This document shows, one piece after another, positions 9,769 through 17,404 of a stretch of DNA of 58,851 bases. Numbering within the stretch: the stretch's first letter is position 1; each line of letters begins with the position of its first letter. The position numbers were made by a program, and so were the translations under genes. The notes beneath the pieces were generated by a model. That model was given only the letters and a program-made list of their open reading frames with translations, was not told where the DNA came from and made no database searches. This stretch comes from an uncultured Candidatus Saccharibacteria bacterium (GTDB lineage: Bacteria > Patescibacteriota > Minisyncoccia > Phycocordibacterales > UBA9973): assembly GCA_964348725.1 (NCBI GenBank), contig CAYGDG010000006.1, forward strand, positions 1-58,851. Reading direction: 5' to 3'.

Positions 9769-10650
9769 ATGGCAACTCTTTACACCCACCAATCACAGAA
9801 TGTGACGAAGACTTGGTTCTTGATGAGCCTGTTTTTGGTGATTGTTATTGGGATAGGTTTCTTCGCTTCGCAATATTACGGCAATCCGAATATTTTGTAT
9901 ATATTCGTGATTTTTTCGGTGGTGATGAATATCGCCGGGTATTGGTATTCGGACAAGATTGCGCTGAAATTAAATCACGCAAAGCAAATTCAAAGGGGAG
10001 ACAATCCTGAACTTTGGAATACAGTGGAAAATTTGGCAATTACAGCCGGATTGCCGATGCCGAAAGTGTATATTATTTCTGATCTCGCGCCGAATGCTTT
10101 TGCGACCGGACGGAACAAAGAGCATGCGGTGGTGGCGGTGACGACGGGCCTGCAGAGAATTTTGAATAAGACGGAAATGGAAGGCGTCATCGCGCACGAG
10201 CTGTCGCATATCGGGAACAGGGACATTTTACTTTCTACTGTTGTTGTCGTCTTGGTAGGTTTTATTTCTATCATCGCGGACATGTTTATGCGCTCTATGC
10301 TTTTCGGGGGACATCGGGACAATGATAGTAAAGGAGCAGGGCTACTTATGATAGTGGGCATCGTGCTTTCTATTCTCGCGCCGATTTTTGCCACACTCAT
10401 CCAGCTCGCCATCTCGCGCAAGCGCGAATTTTTGGCGGATGCTTCGGGCGCATTGCTTACGCGCTATCCTGAAGGGCTGGCTTCGGCGCTGACAAAAATT
10501 TCCCAGTACTCCGCACCGATGGCGCATGCGAATACTGCCACCGCGCACCTCTTTATTTCAAATCCGTTCGGCAAAGGGAAAAAGCTGGCGACTCTGTTTG
10601 CCACCCATCCGCCGGTAGAAAAGCGTGTTGCTGCGCTTCTCGGGCGATAG
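9769..10650 (+). CDS. htpX: M48 family zinc metalloprotease HtpX
   Basis: PNAFATG, AHELSH, SRKREFLAD, THPP. Confidence 0.93.
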   Translation: MATLYTHQSQNVTKTWFLMSLFLVIVIGIGFFASQYYGNPNILYIFVIFSVVMNIAGYWYSDKIALKLNHAKQIQRGDNPELWNTVENLAITAGLPMPKVYIISDLAPNAFATGRNKEHAVVAVTTGLQRILNKTEMEGVIAHELSHIGNRDILLSTVVVVLVGFISIIADMFMRSMLFGGHRDNDSKGAGLLMIVGIVLSILAPIFATLIQLAISRKREFLADASGALLTRYPEGLASALTKISQYSAPMAHANTATAHLFISNPFGKGKKLATLFATHPPVEKRVAALLGR

Positions 10651-10681
10651 TCTTTTTGAACATTTTTGCTATAATCTATCT

Positions 10682-10978
10682 ATGCAAATACAGGACGTAG
10701 AAAACCTGGCCGAATTGGGTAAAATAGAGCTTTCTGAATCGGAAAAGGCGACCTTGCTGAATGATCTGGAAGGTATTTTAGGCTATGTGAAACAGATCGC
10801 TGAAGTGGACTTGTCTGCTGTGGCGGGAGTGCCGGAAACAGAAATGGAATATTCGCATCAAAATATCTGGCGCGAGGACTTGCCCGCCTCTGGTGGGTGC
10901 GACTTTTCCGTCGAACTTATCACTTCACAATATCCGGACAGCCAGGACGGCTTTGTGAAAGTGAAGAAAATTTTGTAA
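10682..10978 (+). CDS. gatC: Asp/Glu-tRNA amidotransferase subunit C
   Basis: VENLAELGKIEL, ILGYV, WRED, GFVKVKKIL; directly precedes gatA; start moved to ATG 10682. Confidence 0.9.
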   Translation: MQIQDVENLAELGKIELSESEKATLLNDLEGILGYVKQIAEVDLSAVAGVPETEMEYSHQNIWREDLPASGGCDFSVELITSQYPDSQDGFVKVKKIL

Positions 10979-10980
10979 TT

Positions 10981-12426
10981 ATGGATATACAAAACCTAAC
11001 AATTAAGAAAGCGGGGGAGATGCTGCGAAGCGGGGAAATCACTTCTGTTGATTTGGTTTCCGCCTGTCTGAAAAATATTGAAGAAAAAAACAAAGAGCTG
11101 AATATTTTTCTGGAAGTTTTTGAAGATGCTCTTGCTGAAGCAAAAAAAGCAGATAAAAAAATAAAAGCAGGTGATGCGCCGGCACTCTGCGGCATACCCC
11201 TTGCGCTCAAAGATAATATTTTAATTACCGGTAAAAAAGCTTCCGCCGGCTCGAAGATGCTGGAAAATTATACGGCCAGCTATGATGCCTTTGTGGTGCA
11301 AAAATTGAAAGAAGCCGGGGCGGTCATTATCGGCCGGGTAAATATGGACGAATTCGCGATGGGCTCTTCTACGGAGAATTCTGCTTATGGGGCGGTAAAA
11401 AACCCTATCGATCCTACCCGCGTGCCCGGGGGCTCTTCCGGCGGCTCGGCGGCGGCTGTAGCGGCTGGGATGGCGCTCGGAGCGCTCGGTTCTGACACCG
11501 GCGGCTCTATACGCCAGCCGGCGGCTTTCTGTGGCATTGTGGGTATGAAGCCGACCTATGGCTCGGTATCGCGTTCAGGCCTTATCGCGATGGCTTCCTC
11601 ACTCGATGTCATCGGCCCGTTTGCTAAGACTTCCGAAGACGCGCAGATTATTTTTGACGCGATCAAAGGGAAAGATGAACTTGATGCGACGAGTGGGGAC
11701 TTCGCCGGTGGAAGCTTTTCCTCAGGTCCTCGGTTCTCCTCGGCTGACGCCTCGGCCAGACCATTCGGAAAAGCTTCCGCTGGCTCCGTCATCGGTGTGC
11801 CGCGCGATTGGCTGGCTGAAGGCGTCGCGCCGGAAGTGCTGCAGAATTTTGAAGCGTCTCTCGAAAAATTGAAACAAGCCGGATATGAGATAAAAGATAT
11901 CTCCTTGCCGTATTCAAAATATTCTCTCGCAGTATATTACATATTGATGCCGGCCGAAGTTTCTACGAACCTTTCCCGCCTTGATGGCGTGCGCTATGGT
12001 TTGCGGGTGGAAGGGAACACCCCAGCGGAGACTTTCAAAAAATCCCGCTCGGCGGGTTTCGGGCCGGAAACGCGCCGCCGTATCATCCTCGGCACGTACG
12101 TACTTTCGCACGGCTATTATGACGCATACTATAATAAAGCCTGGAAAGTGCGCCATGCCATAGAGCGCGAATTTGAAAATATTTTCAAGGAAGTGGATTT
12201 CGTGGCCACGCCCACCACGCCGACCGTGGCATTCCGCCCCGGCGAAAAGAAAGATCCGCTCTCCATGTATTTGTCAGACATTTTTACCGTTCCCGCAAAC
12301 ATCGCCGGACTGCCTTCCATTTCGATCCCTTCTGGTTTTTCGGAAAATCTGCCGATCGGTATCCAATTCACCGCCCCGCTTTCGCAAGATGCCGCTTTAT
12401 TTGATATCGAAAAAGATTTAAAATAA
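10981..12426 (+). CDS. gatA: Asp/Glu-tRNA amidotransferase subunit A
   Basis: KDN, NMDEFAMGSSTENS, PGGSSGGS, GSDTGGSIRQPA, RRIILGT, MYLSDIFT; start moved to ATG 10981. Confidence 0.96.
   Translation: MDIQNLTIKKAGEMLRSGEITSVDLVSACLKNIEEKNKELNIFLEVFEDALAEAKKADKKIKAGDAPALCGIPLALKDNILITGKKASAGSKMLENYTASYDAFVVQKLKEAGAVIIGRVNMDEFAMGSSTENSAYGAVKNPIDPTRVPGGSSGGSAAAVAAGMALGALGSDTGGSIRQPAAFCGIVGMKPTYGSVSRSGLIAMASSLDVIGPFAKTSEDAQIIFDAIKGKDELDATSGDFAGGSFSSGPRFSSADASARPFGKASAGSVIGVPRDWLAEGVAPEVLQNFEASLEKLKQAGYEIKDISLPYSKYSLAVYYILMPAEVSTNLSRLDGVRYGLRVEGNTPAETFKKSRSAGFGPETRRRIILGTYVLSHGYYDAYYNKAWKVRHAIEREFENIFKEVDFVATPTTPTVAFRPGEKKDPLSMYLSDIFTVPANIAGLPSISIPSGFSENLPIGIQFTAPLSQDAALFDIEKDLK
11704..11784. repeat. 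in-frame palindromic insertion in gatA
   Basis: 18-bp arms GCCGGTGGAAGCTTTTCC / GGAAAAGCTTCCGCTGGC (two G.U-type mismatches) enclosing an inner hairpin. Confidence 0.75.
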
Positions 12427-12437
12427 GAGTAATACAA

Positions 12438-13079
12438 ATGGATATATCAGAATCAGTAAACCTGAATACCGCTACCGAAAATCCGCTTTTTGATCCGACG
12501 TTCTTGAACCTGGAATATCTTTTCGGCCTCATACTTCAGTTATTTCAGAATCTTTTCGGCTGGCTTTTTGGCGGCGATCTAGGCGCCGGCTTCAAAGCAT
12601 TCCTGACCTTTCTCTGTATTTTCTTCATCGCTGTCATCTGCTATTGCTCGGTGCGGATGCTTGAAATACGCAAGAGAGAACACGAACATCTGCATCACGA
12701 AATACATGAATATGCGCATATGATGGCGGAAAAAGCAGCGAAAAAAGGCACACTGGAGCGCCCACGCAATGAGCGTTGGGAAAATGTGCTCAACTATCTT
12801 TCTTCACAGAATCCGAGCGATTGGCGTCTGGCGGTCATGGAATCGGACGCAATGCTCGAAGAACTGACCGAGACTTTGCCTTATGATGGAGAAAATCTGG
12901 GCGCGCGCCTCAAAGCAGCCGATAGGGAAAAATTTCAGACGCTTGATGACGCATGGGAAGCTCATCTCGTGCGCAATAAGATAGCGCATGAAGGCCTCAA
13001 GTATGACCTTACCCAGCGCGAGGCGAATCGCGTGGTCTTCTTATATGAAAATGTTCTCCGGGAGTTCGGAGTGATTTGA
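12438..13079 (+). CDS. membrane-anchored hypothetical protein with HEPN-like RxxxxH motif
   Basis: N-terminal hydrophobic segments, His-rich linker, AWEAHLVRNKIAH. Confidence 0.75.
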   Translation: MDISESVNLNTATENPLFDPTFLNLEYLFGLILQLFQNLFGWLFGGDLGAGFKAFLTFLCIFFIAVICYCSVRMLEIRKREHEHLHHEIHEYAHMMAEKAAKKGTLERPRNERWENVLNYLSSQNPSDWRLAVMESDAMLEELTETLPYDGENLGARLKAADREKFQTLDDAWEAHLVRNKIAHEGLKYDLTQREANRVVFLYENVLREFGVI

Positions 13080-13085
13080 CCGATG

Positions 13086-13159
13086 CGCGAATGACGGGAT
13101 TCGAACCCGCAACCTCTCCCGTGACAGGGGAGTGCTCTAACCAGTTGAGCTACATCCGC
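13086..13159 (-). tRNA. tRNA-Asp(GTC)
   Basis: Cloverleaf GCGGATG...CATTCGC-G, anticodon loop CT GTC AC, GGTTCGAATCC. Confidence 0.95.
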
Positions 13160-13222
13160 ATTTTATTTACGCGTCTCTTTAAACAATTCTATGCCTGTCA
13201 TTCTATCATATAAATGACATTG

Positions 13223-13296
13223 TGTCGGCGGGTGGAATCGAACCACCGACCTTGGGCTTATGAGTCCCACGCTCTAACCGACTGAGCTACGCCGAC
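13223..13296 (-). tRNA. tRNA with CAT anticodon (elongator Met or Ile2)
   Basis: Paired acceptor GTCGGCG/CGCCGAC-A, loop CT CAT AA, GGTTCGATTCC. Confidence 0.92.
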
Positions 13297-13369
13297 ATAT
13301 TTACATAATCGCACAAGATAACCTTTTGTTTCCGGCAAAGAGACTTGAGGCATGTCACTTGCCGGCTTG

Positions 13370-13440
13370 TTGCGGGGTCCGGAATCGAACCGGAGTCTTA
13401 AGGTTATGAGCCTTACGAGATACCTCTTCTCTACCCCGCT
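13370..13440 (-). tRNA. initiator tRNA-fMet(CAT)
   Basis: 1:72 mismatch (A.A), A11:U24, loop CT CAT AA. Confidence 0.88.
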
Positions 13441-13653
13441 ATAAATAAAACGCCAAAACAGCGCTTTTTCATTCTACCTGAAATCTTTAAAAAGGCAACT
13501 GTCGGTGGCATCCTGTGTATAAGGCGCATAATATTTTTTGGTTGAAAATTTAGGGCGAATATAGTAATATGGGCCATATTGCCGTTGCAGCTGTTTTGGT
13601 AGATCGAAACGTCAGTAACTTTATTTACGTTATTTTAAGTATAAAAAAATATT

Positions 13654-13726
13654 GCCGTTGTAGCTCAGTTGGTAGAGCACGTCATTGGTAATGACGAGGT
13701 CATCGGTTCAATCCCGATCAACGGCT
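13654..13726 (+). tRNA. tRNA-Thr(GGT)
   Basis: GCCGTTG/CAACGGC-T acceptor, loop TT GGT AA. Confidence 0.95.
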
Positions 13727-13809
13727 CCCTGTTTCTTCGCCACCTTAGCTGTTTTGGTAGGTATCACAGTAGAAAATCCAGAAAAAAAGTAAATTACATT
13801 TAAATAATC

Positions 13810-13882
13810 GCCACCTTAGCTCAGTTGGTAGAGCACCGCTTTCGTAAAGCGGGGGTCCGCAGTTCGATCCTGCGAGGTGGCT
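13810..13882 (+). tRNA. tRNA-Thr(CGT)
   Basis: GCCACCT/AGGTGGC-T acceptor, loop TT CGT AA. Confidence 0.95.
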
Positions 13883-13887
13883 CATCT

Positions 13888-13916
13888 TTGACTTCTCTTA
13901 GTTTTTGAGGTATGCT
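13888..13916 (+). promoter_or_regulatory. sigma70 promoter
   Basis: TTGACT-17 bp-TATGCT. Confidence 0.65.
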
Positions 13917-13959
13917 TTGAAAAAAGAATCTAGAACCTTACATTTAAATACCATAACTC

Positions 13960-14874
13960 ATGAAAAAAATAATCATCGAAGTACACAAGCTTGGTGGCAA
14001 GGCCATCAGCCGGTTACACTTACTTACTCGCATTCTCGACATGCTGGCCCCGGATCGCGTGCATATCTTTGTGGTCTCCGCGGGAGAAGGCATGACAAAT
14101 CTGCTTGAGAAAATGTACCAGGCAGGCGTTCAGAACGACCTTTCCCAGCTCCCTTTGATCGAAGAATTCAGAAGCAGTCATCGGGATATCATTCGTAAGC
14201 ATGACCTTTGGCTGTACAATGATCGGGCAGTCGTTCCGGTCATGGATGTGAACAGGAGCGTCTTGTACCTCTCGGATTTTTTCAGCGCCGCCGACTTTTC
14301 CGAAATCAAGATGGCGGAACTGCTTGCCCAAGGAGAACTTCTGACTTCAAAGATTTTCAGGCATTTTGCCTGTTCTGTGACCAATGAGCAAGTTGCCTGG
14401 GCGGATTCCCGCAGGATGATCGCTACTACGGGCAAAATAAATGCCGCGGAAGTCGTGCCTCAGGCATCATCAGTGTTGACGCTGAATGCATTGGCGCCGC
14501 TCATGGCAAAGCATCGCTTCATTGTCGTTCAGGGCTTCATCGGTTCAGATGAGCTGACCGGGAAGACCTCTGTCCTTGAGCGAGATGGTTCAGATGCTTC
14601 AGCCGCATGGATGGCGAATTTCCTGCACTCAGACGAAAGCCCCGTCGCTTGCGTGAATTTCTGGAAAGACGTGCCGGGGCTGGTGAAAAACATCAACGCT
14701 CGGAAACTGGAGATTTATCCTGAAGTAAATTTTCAGGAACTCAGGGCTAAGGTGATGAATGGTTCGCCCGTGCTTCACCATACCGCCATTCCTCCGCTTG
14801 AGAGCAAGCTGATACCAGCTCGTATCTGTTCGTACAAGCAGCCTGAATCTTTAGGCACTCTTATCACGAATTGA
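13960..14874 (+). CDS. diverged aspartokinase-like amino-acid kinase domain, no ACT domains
   Basis: VHKLGG (cf. KFGG), VVSA, QGELLTS, VVQGFIG, LERDGSDASAA (cf. LGRxGSDxTA), FWKDVPG, LHHTAIPP. Confidence 0.82.
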   Translation: MKKIIIEVHKLGGKAISRLHLLTRILDMLAPDRVHIFVVSAGEGMTNLLEKMYQAGVQNDLSQLPLIEEFRSSHRDIIRKHDLWLYNDRAVVPVMDVNRSVLYLSDFFSAADFSEIKMAELLAQGELLTSKIFRHFACSVTNEQVAWADSRRMIATTGKINAAEVVPQASSVLTLNALAPLMAKHRFIVVQGFIGSDELTGKTSVLERDGSDASAAWMANFLHSDESPVACVNFWKDVPGLVKNINARKLEIYPEVNFQELRAKVMNGSPVLHHTAIPPLESKLIPARICSYKQPESLGTLITN

Positions 14875-14887
14875 GCTCTGACGTATT

Positions 14888-14922
14888 GCCGTATTTTCTT
14901 TTACAGGAAATACGGCTTTTTT
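14888..14922 (+). terminator. intrinsic terminator
   Basis: GCCGTATTTTC...GGAAATACGGC plus U-tract. Confidence 0.75.
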
Positions 14923-14950
14923 ATTTATCCGATTCGTATATAATTGAAAA

Positions 14951-15850
14951 ATGCCCGAAGAAAATCTGGACGACAAGATAAGAGACCTCGAAGCCCGGAT
15001 GGCAAGCCCGGATTTTTGGCTAGATAAGACCGTGGCTCAGGCCACATTAAAAGAATTGCAGGATCTGAAAGCCAAAAAAGAAGGTCTCGGTAAATATGAT
15101 AAAGGTAATGCCATCATCACCATCATCTCCGGCGCGGGTGGGGATGACGCCGAGGATTTTTCGGCCATGCTCCTTGCCATGTACATGAAATATGCCGACC
15201 GGAAAGGCTGGGGCATTTCTTTTATTCATGAACATAAAAATGACCATGCTGGCTACCGCAATGTCTCTTTTGAAATGTGCGGAAGTCCGACTTCCGCAAA
15301 GACGGGTCCGTATGGTCTTTTAAAAAAAGAGAGCGGCGTGCATCGGCTGGTGCGCATTTCTCCATTTAACTCCAAAAAACTTCGCCACACGTCTTTTTCC
15401 CTGGTAGAAGTCTTGCCGAAATTCTCAAAGCTCGAAGAAAAAGATTTTAATATTCCGGAAGCAGACTTGAAAATAGAATTTGCCAAGTCCGGCGGACCCG
15501 GCGGGCAAAATGTAAACAAGCGCGAGACGGCGGTGCGCATCGTGCACACACCGACCAATCTTTCCAGCCACGCATCCGGCGAGCGCAGCCAGGAAGCGAA
15601 CCGCGAACGGGCCATGGCCATGCTCCGCGCCAAAATTTTCAAAAAAGCAGAAGATGAAAAAAAGAGCTTTGAAGAAAGCATGAAGCTCTCCAAAGGCACG
15701 GACATAGAATGGGGTAGCCAGATCCGCTCATATGTCCTCCATCCGTACAAGATGGTCAAAGACCACCGCACCGAAGTCGAGACTTCAAATGTGGATGCCG
15801 TGCTCTCCGGCGATTTAGACTTGTTTATAGAGGCGGAAAAAAATTTATAA
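14951..15850 (+). CDS. prfB: peptide chain release factor 2 (short N-terminus)
   Basis: GVHRLVRISPF, RHTSF, GGPGGQNVNK, WGSQIRSYVLHPY. Confidence 0.95.
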   Translation: MPEENLDDKIRDLEARMASPDFWLDKTVAQATLKELQDLKAKKEGLGKYDKGNAIITIISGAGGDDAEDFSAMLLAMYMKYADRKGWGISFIHEHKNDHAGYRNVSFEMCGSPTSAKTGPYGLLKKESGVHRLVRISPFNSKKLRHTSFSLVEVLPKFSKLEEKDFNIPEADLKIEFAKSGGPGGQNVNKRETAVRIVHTPTNLSSHASGERSQEANRERAMAMLRAKIFKKAEDEKKSFEESMKLSKGTDIEWGSQIRSYVLHPYKMVKDHRTEVETSNVDAVLSGDLDLFIEAEKNL

Positions 15851-15857
15851 AATCAAT

Positions 15858-15889
15858 AAAAAACAGCCGGCTCGTATGGGAGCCGGCTG
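15858..15889 (-). terminator. intrinsic terminator of the sigma-like gene (possibly bidirectional)
   Basis: CAGCCGGCTC/GAGCCGGCTG stem with A-tract on + strand. Confidence 0.75.
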
Positions 15890-15908
15890 CACTAAAACAG
15901 AATGTTAT

Positions 15909-17003
15909 TCAACCAAGATATCCTCTCAAGTTTCGGCTGCGTGATCTGTGCCTCAGACGCCTGATCGCCTTTTCCTTCAATTGACGGGTTCTCTCCCGTA
16001 ACAAATCAACAAAGGCGCCGATTTGGTCCAAATTTCCTTCGTCTAAGCCGTGTGCATACCTCTTCTTTTCCAGCTCAAACTCTGTAGCTTCAATTTCCTG
16101 GCTTTTGTCGGCATACTTAAAGCTTTTGAGCTTCTTGAGCTTCTTCTCCAGCGCCGATATTTCCTCTGTCAGAATCCACTTGAGTCCAAAAAAGAGCACT
16201 AGCACATCTCTCTCTCGGCAGGTTAGAGTATTGAGCGAGCGGAAAATCTCTTTGCGAAGCGAATCAAGTTTCACTTGGCCGTCAGCCGATTCTTCTGCAT
16301 AAGCGAATTCCTCTGTGTTTTTCCAGGTATGCATTGCTTTTTCCGGATTGAATTCTATCGCATAAGGTTCACCAAAACGAGGCATTCGCTGGCGAAACAT
16401 GAGAAGGTCGCTGAAAATGAGCTTTTGTTTCTCATGCTTTTCATGACGGTAGCCTGTCTGTTGTACTGAAAGGGGTATTTCTTTTTTGCAATACTGAAAA
16501 AATGTTTCTTCCACCATAGTAAGCGATTCGTCTTCATGCTCCCTGGCGCATTTTTCTTCCGCATAGCGGATTTTGCCGAGTACTCTGCCAAATGTGGCTG
16601 TGGTGGAAATGTCGTAGGAATGCTCGTATAGCAAGGAGACTATCTTTCCTTGAATGTATACGGTGGCGTAAGACATGAATGATGAGCTGCGTTCCTGTTC
16701 CCATGTCAGAGAATCTATCGCTGAAAGCAACCCCTCATATCCAGCGCTTACAAGGTCATTAAAAGTAATGGCTCCCTCGTGGCTGAAAGTGGCATTGTAG
16801 CGTGCCGCAATATAGTACACTAGTTTGAGGTTGTGATTTACCAGTTTTGTCCTGGCGTATTGGTCGCCCTTCATCGCGTCCATTTTTAAAGCGTTGCACT
16901 CTTCCGGTTTTAGTGTTTCATATTTTCCGGCTTCTTTCAGCAGTGTTTCTGTGCCCCGAGTCTTTAAAGGAATCGTGGTTGGCTGTGCGTTTAGTTTTTT
17001 CAT
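15909..17003 (-). CDS. diverged sigma70-family (RpoD-like) sigma factor
   Basis: Region 2 LVNHNLKLVYYIAARY, DLVSAGYEGL, FMSYATVYI; region 4 LTCRERDVLVLFFGL, RERTRQLKEKAIRRLR. Confidence 0.88.
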   Translation of the reverse strand: MKKLNAQPTTIPLKTRGTETLLKEAGKYETLKPEECNALKMDAMKGDQYARTKLVNHNLKLVYYIAARYNATFSHEGAITFNDLVSAGYEGLLSAIDSLTWEQERSSSFMSYATVYIQGKIVSLLYEHSYDISTTATFGRVLGKIRYAEEKCAREHEDESLTMVEETFFQYCKKEIPLSVQQTGYRHEKHEKQKLIFSDLLMFRQRMPRFGEPYAIEFNPEKAMHTWKNTEEFAYAEESADGQVKLDSLRKEIFRSLNTLTCRERDVLVLFFGLKWILTEEISALEKKLKKLKSFKYADKSQEIEATEFELEKKRYAHGLDEGNLDQIGAFVDLLRERTRQLKEKAIRRLRHRSRSRNLRGYLG

Positions 17004-17187
17004 TCTCTTGTTTTTTAAGTTTTGTTTAGGTTCAGTTTATTTAATTACATTAAAACAAAAAAATTCCTGTTTGTAAAGAAGCGGTATTTCTATCTTTTAT
17101 AATTGCATTTGGTAAAATGGCCTATATCTTATATAATAGATACATCCTCGTACGAGGATTTTTACATGCTCCCGAACAGAACTTTCT

Positions 17188-17400
17188 ATGTTTTATACTT
17201 ATGTGTTAAAAAGTAAGACTAGTGGTAAACTGTATACGGGGTACACGAATGACTTGCGGAAGCGCTTTAAGGAACATTCTGAAGGTAAGTCCGCCTATAC
17301 GAAATGGCGGACGCAAAGAATAATTATGTCTTTATTGCAAAATTTTAAAAATAATAAAAATAAATGCAGTGGCGTTTGGGCGTCCGCGTTTATTTCGTAA
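17188..17400 (+). pseudogene. truncated small GIY-YIG nuclease
   Basis: MFYTYVLKS...LYTGYTNDLRKRFKEHSEGKSAYTKWR, then loses similarity; the C-terminal catalytic Glu region is not seen. Confidence 0.75.
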
Positions 17401-17404
17401 CGGG

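Noticed and set aside
13590..13760. GTTTTGGTAG as a type II CRISPR repeat
   Set aside because: Only short matches in two places, with no regular repeat-spacer period and no cas genes
14923..15060. Programmed +1 frameshift in prfB
   Set aside because: No upstream short ORF ending in CTT-TGA; the gene is one frame starting right after a -10 box
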